Assembly (NCBI RefSeq): GCF_012571795.1
Contig: NZ_CP046222.1
Span: forward strand, 300,819 to 332,818
Direction of reading: 5' to 3'
Length of the DNA stretch: 32,000 nucleotides
Origin: Candidatus Saccharimonadota bacterium
GTDB taxonomy: Bacteria; Pseudomonadota; Gammaproteobacteria; Enterobacterales; Enterobacteriaceae
Positions 10,552 through 18,973 of this stretch are shown here, piece after piece. Below the pieces are notes generated by a model that saw only the letters and a list, made by a program, of their open reading frames with translations, was not told where the DNA came from and made no database searches. The first letter of the stretch is position 1. Each line of letters starts with the position of its first letter. The position numbers were made by a program, and so were the translations under genes.

Positions 10552-10598
10552 ATTATAAAAAATATATTAGAATTGAAAATTATTAATTTAATTAAATA

Positions 10599-11942
10599 TT
10601 AATTATTTTGGTGTATAGACACTAAATTTCCATATAAAGTATATAAATAAAAATGATTTATTTTAATGTTTACAATTTTTCCAATACAATCTTTTGTGCT
10701 TTTAAAAAAAACTGTTCTATTATTTTCTGTTCTTCCGAAAAAATATTGATTATTTTGTGGTGCTATACCCTCTACTAAAATAGTTTGGATAGTATTTAAC
10801 ATTTTTGCACTAAATTTTTTTGTTTGTTTATTTATATGATATTGTATAAGATACAATCTTTGTTTTTTTTCTTTCATATCTATAGTATCTAACATTTTAC
10901 TAGCAGGTGTACCAGGTCGAGAAGAATAAATAAAACTATAACTCATATCTATATCCATATCTAAAATTAATGTAATAGTTTTATTAATATCTTCTGTAGT
11001 TTCACCTGGAAAACCAACTATAAAATCAGAACTAATTTGCATATGTGGTCTAATATTTTTTATTTTTTCTAAAATATGTTTATACTCATTAATTGAATAT
11101 CTTCTTTTCATTAAGGATAAAATTTTGTCGGAACCGCTCTGGACTGGTAAATGTATAAAATTAACTAATTGAGGTATTTTATTGTAAACATTAATCAAAT
11201 CATCAGAAAAATCTTTTGGATGACTAGTAGTATATCTAATTCTATAAATACCATTAATTTTTGCAATCATACTTAATAATTTAGCAAATGTACAAATATA
11301 ATTGTTTTTATCAATGTATTTGTAAGCATTAACATTTTGTCCTAATAGATGTATTTCTTTTACACCTTGTTGTGTTAGTTGTTGTATTTCTAATATAATA
11401 TCCTTGTAAGGCCTACTAATTTCTTTGCCCCTAGTATAGGGTACAATACAATAAGTACAATATTTATTACATCCTTCTATTATAGTAATAAAAGCACTAA
11501 TTGCATTAGTTTTTCTTATAGGGAAATAATTAAATTTTTCTATTTGTGGAAAACTAATATCAATTAATTTTTTTTTAAAGGTACGTACATTATAAATCAT
11601 TTGTGGTAATCTATGTAAAGTTTGTGGACCAAAAATAATATCAACATAATGTGCACGATAAAATATACGTTCTCCTTCTTGGGTTGCAACACAACCACCT
11701 ACACAAATAATAATTTCAGGATTATTTTGTTTTAAATATTTCCATCTACCTAATTGATGAAATAATTTCTCTTGAGCTTTTTCTCTTATAGAACATGTGT
11801 TGAGTATTAAAATATTTGCTGTATCTGCTGTTTTAATGATAGTACAGTCTATTTTTTCATTTATTAAATCAGCTATCTTTAATGAATCATATTCATTCAT
11901 TTGACAGCCCCAAGTTTTAATATATACTTTATTATAAAACAT
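10599..11942 (-). CDS. miaB: tRNA-i6A37 methylthiotransferase
   Basis: ORF-track ORF begins at a TTG (11957). I trimmed it to the ATG at 11942..11940, giving MFYNKVYIKTWGCQMNEYDS vs E. coli MTKKLHIKTWGCQMNEYDS. The radical-SAM motif CNKYCTYC is present, as are NTCSIREKAQEK and FLHLPVQSGSD / FIHLPVQSGSD. Confidence 0.95.
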   Translation of the reverse strand: MFYNKVYIKTWGCQMNEYDSLKIADLINEKIDCTIIKTADTANILILNTCSIREKAQEKLFHQLGRWKYLKQNNPEIIICVGGCVATQEGERIFYRAHYVDIIFGPQTLHRLPQMIYNVRTFKKKLIDISFPQIEKFNYFPIRKTNAISAFITIIEGCNKYCTYCIVPYTRGKEISRPYKDIILEIQQLTQQGVKEIHLLGQNVNAYKYIDKNNYICTFAKLLSMIAKINGIYRIRYTTSHPKDFSDDLINVYNKIPQLVNFIHLPVQSGSDKILSLMKRRYSINEYKHILEKIKNIRPHMQISSDFIVGFPGETTEDINKTITLILDMDIDMSYSFIYSSRPGTPASKMLDTIDMKEKKQRLYLIQYHINKQTKKFSAKMLNTIQTILVEGIAPQNNQYFFGRTENNRTVFFKSTKDCIGKIVNIKINHFYLYTLYGNLVSIHQNN

Positions 11943-11984
11943 GATGTAATAGTACAAATTTTAATTGAATTAATATTTATAACA

Positions 11985-12056
11985 CTGGGGTACCTGGATT
12001 CGAACCAGGGATGCCGGTATCAAAAACCGGTGCCTTAACCACTTGGCTATACCCCA
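11985..12056 (-). tRNA. glnU: tRNA-Gln (anticodon UUG), 72 nt, no encoded CCA
   Basis: The minus strand reads TGGGGTATAGCCAAGTGGTTAAGGCACCGGTTTTTGATACCGGCATCCCTGGTTCGAATCCAGGTACCCCAG. A cloverleaf folds by hand and it is near-identical to E. coli tRNA-Gln1. The discriminator G is followed by TGT, not CCA. Confidence 0.93.
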
Positions 12057-12071
12057 AAATTAAAAATATAT

Positions 12072-12158
12072 TACGGAAGACGAGAATCGAACTCGTACAC
12101 TATATATTATAGTGCTAGAACCTAAATCTAGTGCGTCTACCAGTTTCGCCACTTCCGC
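12072..12158 (-). tRNA. leuW: tRNA-Leu (anticodon UAG), 87 nt, long variable arm, no encoded CCA
   Basis: The minus strand reads GCGGAAGTGGCGAAACTGGTAGACGCACTAGATTTAGGTTCTAGCACTATAATATATAGTGTACGAGTTCGATTCTCGTCTTCCGTA. The anticodon loop is TTTAGGT. It resembles E. coli leuW and keeps the same Met-Leu-Gln operon order as E. coli metT-leuW-glnU. Confidence 0.92.
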
Positions 12159-12190
12159 AATAATAATATTATTTGATTGACAATAACTAC

Positions 12191-12264
12191 TAGCTATGAT
12201 GGGAATTGAACCCATGACCTCAGCGTTATGAGTGCTGTGCTCTAACCAACTGAGCTACATAGCT
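12191..12264 (-). tRNA. metT: tRNA-Met elongator (anticodon CAU), 74 nt, no encoded CCA
   Basis: The minus strand reads AGCTATGTAGCTCAGTTGGTTAGAGCACAGCACTCATAACGCTGAGGTCATGGGTTCAATTCCCATCATAGCTA. The D arm and anticodon loop match E. coli metT, and it is first in the Met-Leu-Gln cluster. A lysidine-modified tRNA-Ile2 cannot be formally excluded from sequence alone. Confidence 0.82.
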
Positions 12265-12288
12265 AAAATCTATTATTTCCACTTACAT

Positions 12289-12318
12289 ATTATGTAATAT
12301 ATAAAAGCATAACGTCAA
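12289..12318 (-). promoter_or_regulatory. candidate sigma70 promoter of the tRNA Met-Leu-Gln operon
   Basis: On the minus strand: -35 TTGACG (12318..12313), 18-nt spacer, -10 CATAAT (12294..12289), ending 24 nt upstream of the tRNA-Met 5' end. Hexamer matching in such AT-rich DNA has a high false-positive rate. Confidence 0.3.
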
Positions 12319-12371
12319 CTATTTTATTACATAAAATATATATTTTTTTTATATTATAGAGTATTCATACT

Positions 12372-14027
12372 ATGGATTATATTAATTATACTAAAAATTT
12401 TATTTGTCAAATAATAAATCAAGATTTACAAAAAAATAAATATAAAATTATTTGTACTAGATTTCCGCCAGAACCAAATGGTTATTTACATATTGGACAT
12501 TTAAAATCAATATGTTTAAATTTTTTTATTGCAAAATTTTATAAAGGTAAATGTAATCTGAGATTTGATGATACAAATCCATCTAAAGAACATGCTAAAT
12601 ATGTTCAAGCAATACAAAAAGACTTAAAATGGTTAGGGTTTACATGGTATAGTAATATTACATATTCTTCAGATTATTTTCATCAAATATATCAATATGC
12701 AATAGAATTAATTAAAAAAGAATTAGCTTATGTTGATGAATTAAATATAAAAGATATTCGTGAATATCGTGGAACATTATTAACAAATGGCATTGATAGT
12801 CCATATAGATATCGTAGTGTAAAAGAAAATTTAACTTTATTTGAAAATATGCGTTTAGGAAAATTTCCAGAAGGAAGTATGTCTTTAAGGGCTAAAATTG
12901 ATATGAATTCTAATGCTATTATTATGAGAGATCCGGTTTTATATAGAATTAAATATATTAAACACTATAAAACTAAAAATGAATGGTGTATATATCCTAC
13001 TTATGATTTTGCACATTGTATAGCTGATGCTATTGAAGGCATAACACATTCTTTATGTACATTAGAATTTCAAGATAATCGTATGTTATATAATTGGATA
13101 TTAAATAATATTAGTATAAAAAATTATCCTAAACAATATGAATTTGCAAAATTAAATATTGAACATTCAGTGTTATCTAAAAGAAAAATTAATATTTTAT
13201 TGAAAAATAACATTATACAATCATGGAATGATCCACGTTTATTTACAATTTCAGGATTACGCAAAAGAGGTTATACTGCTTCTTCATTAAAAAATTTTTG
13301 TTATGGTATAGGTGTTACTAAACAAAATAATCTTATAGAGCAAACTTTTTTAGAATCTTATATAAAAAACGAATTAAATCAACGTGCATATAGGATTATG
13401 GCTATTTTATATCCTTTAAAATTAATTATTATTAATTTTCCTAAAAATATTACGGAAATTATAATAAAAGCACCTAATCATCCTAATAATAGCAATATGG
13501 GTTATAGATATATTTTCTTTACCAAAGAAATATATATAGATAATACTGATTTTATAGAACACATATCTGATAATACTAATAAAAAACTAACTATTGGACA
13601 AGAAGTTCGATTAAGATATGCTTTTGTTATTAAAGCCGTAAATATAATAAAAGATATACAAGGCAATATAATTTGTGTACATTGTCTTTATGATCCCAAT
13701 ACTTTAGGTGTTAAAATTAATAAAAATAGAAATGTAAAAGGTATTGTACATTGGGTATCTAAAATATATTCTGTAAAATCAGATTTCTATTTATATAATG
13801 AATTATTAATTAATAAAAATAATGAAAATATAAAAGATATTTTATCTGTTATTAATAAAAAATCATTATTAATTTGTAAAGGTTTTATTGAAAAAAATAT
13901 ATTACAACTTTGTAATATAACAAAACATTTTCAATTTGAAAGAATTGGATATTTTTATTTAGATAAAATATTTAATAATCCAAAAAAAATTATTTTTAAT
14001 AGAATTACTAAATTAAAAAAAAAATAA
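12372..14027 (+). CDS. glnS: glutaminyl-tRNA synthetase
   Basis: 551 aa vs 554 in E. coli. FICQIINQDL / FIRQIIDEDL. RFPPEPNGYLHIGHLKSICLNF (HIGH motif), CNLRFDDTNP, ITHSLCTLEFQDNR and VLSKRK (MSK-type motif) are present. Confidence 0.96.
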   Translation: MDYINYTKNFICQIINQDLQKNKYKIICTRFPPEPNGYLHIGHLKSICLNFFIAKFYKGKCNLRFDDTNPSKEHAKYVQAIQKDLKWLGFTWYSNITYSSDYFHQIYQYAIELIKKELAYVDELNIKDIREYRGTLLTNGIDSPYRYRSVKENLTLFENMRLGKFPEGSMSLRAKIDMNSNAIIMRDPVLYRIKYIKHYKTKNEWCIYPTYDFAHCIADAIEGITHSLCTLEFQDNRMLYNWILNNISIKNYPKQYEFAKLNIEHSVLSKRKINILLKNNIIQSWNDPRLFTISGLRKRGYTASSLKNFCYGIGVTKQNNLIEQTFLESYIKNELNQRAYRIMAILYPLKLIIINFPKNITEIIIKAPNHPNNSNMGYRYIFFTKEIYIDNTDFIEHISDNTNKKLTIGQEVRLRYAFVIKAVNIIKDIQGNIICVHCLYDPNTLGVKINKNRNVKGIVHWVSKIYSVKSDFYLYNELLINKNNENIKDILSVINKKSLLICKGFIEKNILQLCNITKHFQFERIGYFYLDKIFNNPKKIIFNRITKLKKK

Positions 14028-14043
14028 TTACATAATTAAAAGA

Positions 14044-14075
14044 AAAATCAATTATATAAATATATAATTGATTTT
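14044..14075. terminator. perfect 15-bp inverted repeat between convergent glnS and fldA; candidate bidirectional intrinsic terminator
   Basis: AAAATCAATTATATA (14044..14058), AA, TATATAATTGATTTT (14061..14075). The arms are exact reverse complements. A-tract/T-tract flanks are built into the stem. On the minus strand the stem is followed by TCTTTTAATT (U-rich). Only one G:C pair, so thermodynamically weak. Confidence 0.5.
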
Positions 14076-14081
14076 AACATA

Positions 14082-14600
14082 TTAAATAATATTTTTTAAT
14101 TCTTTCATAATTTGTTGTACCCATTGTTTAATACGAGAATCTGTTAATTCAGCTTGTCTATCTTCATCTAAAACTAAGCCTAAAAAATAATCTTTATTTT
14201 TTAAACTATTTGTTTTATAAAAATTATAATTAATATTAGGCCAATATCCAATTATATTAGCTTTATTTTTTTTAATTATTTTATAAATAATACTTAAAGC
14301 ATCACAAAAATATTCTCCATAATCTTCTTGATCACCACAACCAAATAATCCTATATATTTATTTTTAAAATTAATTTTTTTTAATATTGGTAAAAAATTA
14401 TCCCAGTCATATTGCAATTCACCATAATACCAAGTAGGGATGCCAAATAATAATATATTAAAATTTTGCATATCTATTTGTTTAGTATTGGCAATATCGA
14501 AAACTTGTGCCATATGATGGCCTATATGATCATATAATTTATATGCAATATTTTTAGTATTACCAGTATCACTACCAAAAAAAATACCTATTTTAGACAC
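14082..14600 (-). CDS. fldA: flavodoxin 1
   Basis: ORF-track ORF starts at a TTG (14633) that overlaps ybfF. I trimmed it to the GTG at 14600..14598, which lies 9 nt downstream of a perfect AAGGAG. This gives (M)SKIGIFFGSDTGNT vs E. coli MAITGIFFGSDTGNT. GIPTWYYGE, LFGCGDQEDYGEYFCDA and DEDRQ are conserved. Confidence 0.93.
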   Translation of the reverse strand: MSKIGIFFGSDTGNTKNIAYKLYDHIGHHMAQVFDIANTKQIDMQNFNILLFGIPTWYYGELQYDWDNFLPILKKINFKNKYIGLFGCGDQEDYGEYFCDALSIIYKIIKKNKANIIGYWPNINYNFYKTNSLKNKDYFLGLVLDEDRQAELTDSRIKQWVQQIMKELKNII

Positions 14601-14609
14601 ACAAAAATT

Positions 14610-14615
14610 CTCCTT
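14610..14615 (-). promoter_or_regulatory. Shine-Dalgarno AAGGAG for fldA
   Basis: Plus strand ctcctt equals minus strand AAGGAG. It sits in the 20-nt gap between the ybfF stop (14621) and the fldA GTG (14600). Confidence 0.7.
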
Positions 14616-14620
14616 ATAAA

Positions 14621-15394
14621 TTATTGTAAACAAAAATTTAATATTCTTTTATATACTGAATCTATATTTTCTACATGTAAAAAATGTCCTGCATTAGGTA
14701 TATTAAATATAATGGCATTTGGAAATTGTCTAAATATATCATTATAATATATATGATTAATATAATTAGATTTCATTCCTTTTAAAAATAAAATATTACC
14801 TACCCAAGGTTTTAATATTTTCCATGAAGATATATGTTTATATGCTTTTTTTATAAAAAATATATTAAAATTCCATTTTCCTTTATAAAATGATTGTAAT
14901 AACATATTAATTATATATTTATTATGGATATATAATTTCATGATTTCTGATACTTGTTTTTTTATAACAATATTTTTTATATATACTTGTTCTAATGCAA
15001 AAAAAATATTTTTAAAACTATAATTATAACATACTGGTGCTATATCCAAGACAATAATTTTTGATATGCTATTATATAATATAGTAGTTAAAAACATAGC
15101 AATTTTACCACCTATAGAATGTCCTATAATAATAATATTTTTATATATATTTAAAAAATTTAATGTATCTAATATATCTTGGGACATTATTATATAATTC
15201 ATATTAGGATGATGTGCAGAACATCCATGATTTCTTAAATCTAATAAAATAATTTTACAATTTAGATGTTCGTTTAAAAAAGTACCTAATGATAATAAAC
15301 TGTTTTTATTACCAAATAATCCATGTAATAAAATTATATTTTGCTGAAATTCATTAGAATTATTATTATTTATTATTAATTGATCTAAAATCAT
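14621..15394 (-). CDS. ybfF: alpha/beta-hydrolase esterase YbfF
   Basis: 257 aa vs 254 in E. coli YbfF. IILLHGLFGNKNSL / IVLVHGLFGSLDNL; LDLRNHG / VDMRNHG; nucleophile elbow GHSIGGK / GHSMGGK; DIAPV; GHFLHVE / GHWVHAE. Adjacent to fldA as in E. coli. Confidence 0.88.
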   Translation of the reverse strand: MILDQLIINNNNSNEFQQNIILLHGLFGNKNSLLSLGTFLNEHLNCKIILLDLRNHGCSAHHPNMNYIIMSQDILDTLNFLNIYKNIIIIGHSIGGKIAMFLTTILYNSISKIIVLDIAPVCYNYSFKNIFFALEQVYIKNIVIKKQVSEIMKLYIHNKYIINMLLQSFYKGKWNFNIFFIKKAYKHISSWKILKPWVGNILFLKGMKSNYINHIYYNDIFRQFPNAIIFNIPNAGHFLHVENIDSVYKRILNFCLQ

Positions 15395-15570
15395 TGTAAT
15401 TATTATGTCGTTATTAAATTTTTATAATAAAATATAAGTAAATAAAATAATTATGTTATAATACAAACATATAATTTCTATTTATTATATATTTAAAATA
15501 ATTAAAATTAAACATTATAAATTTAATTATAAATAAATATATATTTATCCATTTATATTATAAATAATGT

Positions 15571-17187
15571 ATGAAAAATATTAATCCAACTAAAACTATA
15601 GCATGGAAAATTCTACAAGACCATTTTCAAAATATTAAATATACAACTATAACAGAATTATTTAAAAAAGATAAAAATAGATTTAAAAATTTTGCTATAA
15701 ATTTTGAAAACGAAATTTTATTTGATTTTTCAAAAAATATTATTAGTAATAAAACCATAAATTATTTATTTAATTTATTAAAAGAATTAGAATATTCTAA
15801 TTCTATACGTGATATGTTTTATGGTAAAAACATTAATAAAACAGAACATCGTTCGGTTTTACATATTGCTTTAAGAAATCATAATAATAATGATTTTATA
15901 GTACATAATAATAATATTTATAATGATGTTCGTAATAATTTAAGTAAGATAAAACAAATTTCTAATGATATAATTAATGGTATATGGACAGGATATACAG
16001 GAAAACCCATAAAAAATATTATTAATATTGGTATTGGTGGATCTTATTTAGGACCATTAATGGTTACTGAAGCATTAAAATCTTATCATAATCATTTAAA
16101 TATTTATTTTATCTCTAGTCTTGATGCAACTCAATTAATACATACTTTAAAATATATTAACCCAGAAGAAAGTATATTTATTGTTTCTTCTAAAACATTT
16201 ACAACACAAGAAACTATAGTCAATGCTTGTAACATTAAAGAATGGTTTATGGAGAATACTAGTAATTTAAATATAAATGATATGTTTACTAAACATTTTA
16301 TTGGTATTACATCTAATACTACTGATGCTATGACTTTTGGAATTCCACAACAAAATATTTTACCAATATGGAATTGGGTTGGTGGTCGTTTTTCATTATG
16401 GTCTTCAATAGGTTTGCCTATATCATTATTAATAGGTTTTAAAAATTTTTATGAGTTATTACATGGAGCTGAAAAAATGGATCATCATTTTTTTTATAGT
16501 AATATTAATAATAATATACCAATTATCATGGCTTTAATTAGTATATGGTATAATAATTTTTGGAATGCTGAAACTGAAGCTATAATTCCATATTCTTATG
16601 ATATGCGTTTTTTACCTAAATATTTACAACAATTAAATATGGAATCTAATGGTAAATCTATAGATAGAACAAAAAATAATATAGATTATCAAACTAGTCC
16701 AATTATATGGGGTGATATAGGTACTGAAGGACAACATTCTTTTTTTCAAATGTTACATCAAGGAACAAAAATAATACCATGTGATTTTATTGCTCCAGTT
16801 CTACCACATATTTATTTGCAAAATAATCATAATATTTTAATATCTAATTATATTGCACAAACTAGAGCTTTAGCATTTGGTAATAATATAACAAATAAAA
16901 ATGATATAAATGAGTATGAAATATGTACAGGTAATCATCCTAGTAATTCAATTTTCATGAGAAAAATTACTCCTTATAATTTAGGTTTATTAATTGCTTT
17001 ATATGAACATAAAATTTTTATACAAGGTATAATTTTTAATATTTTTTCTTTTGATCAGTGGGGTGTGGAATTAGGGAAAAAAATATCTAATCTAATTTTA
17101 GAAGATTTAAACGATAATGTTAATAATATTAATAAATATGACAGTTCTACTAATGGATTAATTAATTTTTATAAATCATTTTTATAA
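15571..17187 (+). CDS. pgi: glucose-6-phosphate isomerase
   Basis: 538 aa vs 549 in E. coli. The first seven residues MKNINPT are identical. NIGIGGSYLGP, SKTFTTQET, WVGGRFSLWS, MESNGK, GQHSFFQMLHQGT, LIALYEHKIF and FDQWGVELGK are conserved. Confidence 0.96.
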   Translation: MKNINPTKTIAWKILQDHFQNIKYTTITELFKKDKNRFKNFAINFENEILFDFSKNIISNKTINYLFNLLKELEYSNSIRDMFYGKNINKTEHRSVLHIALRNHNNNDFIVHNNNIYNDVRNNLSKIKQISNDIINGIWTGYTGKPIKNIINIGIGGSYLGPLMVTEALKSYHNHLNIYFISSLDATQLIHTLKYINPEESIFIVSSKTFTTQETIVNACNIKEWFMENTSNLNINDMFTKHFIGITSNTTDAMTFGIPQQNILPIWNWVGGRFSLWSSIGLPISLLIGFKNFYELLHGAEKMDHHFFYSNINNNIPIIMALISIWYNNFWNAETEAIIPYSYDMRFLPKYLQQLNMESNGKSIDRTKNNIDYQTSPIIWGDIGTEGQHSFFQMLHQGTKIIPCDFIAPVLPHIYLQNNHNILISNYIAQTRALAFGNNITNKNDINEYEICTGNHPSNSIFMRKITPYNLGLLIALYEHKIFIQGIIFNIFSFDQWGVELGKKISNLILEDLNDNVNNINKYDSSTNGLINFYKSFL

Positions 17188-17308
17188 AAAAATTTTATTA
17201 ATAAATATAAAAGAATAATATTAAATTATTGAAAAAATAAATTATTAATAAATTTAATTTTAAGTATTTTTTAGTAAAAAATTATAAATGTAATAATTTT
17301 TCAAATGT

Positions 17309-18973
17309 TTATTTATTATAGATATTTTTGTGAAATTTTAAGTATGATTTTGCATTCTTAATTAATTTGAATGTAATTTTTTTATTTAAAATTTTTATAT
17401 TTTTTGTATCTTTAATAAGATCTTTATTATTTTTTAATAATTCAACTGTAGTATAATAATCAAATAATTTTATATTACCTATATCATTACTATTAATCAA
17501 GATTTGGTTAATAATAACTCCTACAATATGACGAACTTCTACCCCATCTTTTTTACCAATATTAATACTATATAAAATCATGTTATATTTATATTTTTTC
17601 TGATACTTATTATTTATATTATATTTATGTGATTTTTTAGGAATATATGTTTCAGGGGGGATAATTAAGGGTCTATTACCTTGTGCTATTTTTAATAAAA
17701 TAGCAGATAAAATATCTTTATCAATAAATTTTTTAAAAGGTTGTGTTAATAAAATTTGTTTATATTGATCTAAATCATAACTTGTTGAATATTCATATAT
17801 TTTTAAAAGAAATTTTTCTAATCTTTTCTGACTTAATAATGTAGTATTAGGTAATTGTTTTTCAATAATTTTTACTTTCATAATTCTTTCAATATTTTTT
17901 AATAAACGTTTTTCTCTATAATCTACAAACATTAATGCTTGTCCTGTACGTCCTGCACGACCAGTACGACCAATGCGATGTGTGTAAGATTCAGCATCTG
18001 TAGGAATATCATAATTAATAACTAAATTAATACGTTCAACATCTAATCCTCTAGCAGCAATATCAGTTGCAATTAAAATATCTAACTTAGAATATTTAAA
18101 ATTATATAATGTTTGTTCTCTAATATTTTGATTCATATCACCATTTAATGGTGCACTATTATAACCAAAATTATTTAAAATATTAGAAATTTCTAAAGTA
18201 GCATTTTTTGTTTTCACAAAAACTAAAACTGCATCAAAATTTTCTGTTTCTAAAAATCTCATTAAACCATCTATTTTTTTGCCTCTTACTATCCAATAAC
18301 TTTGATTAATATTGGGTATAGTATTAATATTAGATTTAATTTTAATTTCATAAGGATGATTCATAAATTTTTTAGTAATATTTTTAATACGATATGGCAT
18401 CGTAGCTGAAAATAAAGCTGTTTGATGCCCTTTAGGAATAGTAGATAAAATATTTTCTACATCCTCAATAAAACCCATTCTTAACATTTCATCAGCTTCA
18501 TCTAAAACTAAACTGCAAATTGTAGATAAATTTATATTTTTACGATTAATATGGTCTAATAATCTACCTGGTGTAGCAACTATAATTTGAGGTTTTAAAC
18601 GTAAACCTTTTAATTGTATATGATATGATTGTCCACCATATAATGGCAAAACATTAATACCATGCAAAAACTTTGCAAAATCAGAAGTAGCTTTTGCTAT
18701 TTGTAAAGTTAATTCTCTCGTAGGTGTTAAAATAAGAATTTGTATTGTTTTAATAATTGGATTTAAATTATTTAATAATGGTAATATAAATGCTGCTGTT
18801 TTGCCACTTCCAGTTTGAGCAATACCTAATACATCTTTTCTAAGTAATAAATATGGAATACATTTTTTTTGTATAGGTGACGGTGTTACATATCCAATAT
18901 TATTTAATGTTTTTATAATATTAGGATGTAATCCAAATTGGACAAAATTATTGTTAGTCATGTTAATATACAT
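17309..18973 (-). CDS. deaD: DEAD-box ATP-dependent RNA helicase DeaD/CsdA
   Basis: 554 aa. PSPIQ, AQTGSGKTAAF, PTRELT, VLDEADEML, SAT and HRIGRTGRAG motifs are present, and the C-terminal DbpA-like part (DGVEVRHIVG, IGNIKLF) is collinear with E. coli. The start could instead be the second ATG at 18961. It lacks the Arg/Gly-rich tail of the 629-aa E. coli protein. Confidence 0.94.
   Translation of the reverse strand: MYINMTNNNFVQFGLHPNIIKTLNNIGYVTPSPIQKKCIPYLLLRKDVLGIAQTGSGKTAAFILPLLNNLNPIIKTIQILILTPTRELTLQIAKATSDFAKFLHGINVLPLYGGQSYHIQLKGLRLKPQIIVATPGRLLDHINRKNINLSTICSLVLDEADEMLRMGFIEDVENILSTIPKGHQTALFSATMPYRIKNITKKFMNHPYEIKIKSNINTIPNINQSYWIVRGKKIDGLMRFLETENFDAVLVFVKTKNATLEISNILNNFGYNSAPLNGDMNQNIREQTLYNFKYSKLDILIATDIAARGLDVERINLVINYDIPTDAESYTHRIGRTGRAGRTGQALMFVDYREKRLLKNIERIMKVKIIEKQLPNTTLLSQKRLEKFLLKIYEYSTSYDLDQYKQILLTQPFKKFIDKDILSAILLKIAQGNRPLIIPPETYIPKKSHKYNINNKYQKKYKYNMILYSINIGKKDGVEVRHIVGVIINQILINSNDIGNIKLFDYYTTVELLKNNKDLIKDTKNIKILNKKITFKLIKNAKSYLKFHKNIYNK

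Noticed and set aside
17188-17308. Terminator between convergent pgi and deaD. Observed: TTATTAATAA palindromes twice, and ATTTTTTA-G-TAAAAAAT.
   Set aside because: Stems are only 4-8 A:U pairs with loops too small to fold. This is indistinguishable from background low-complexity sequence.
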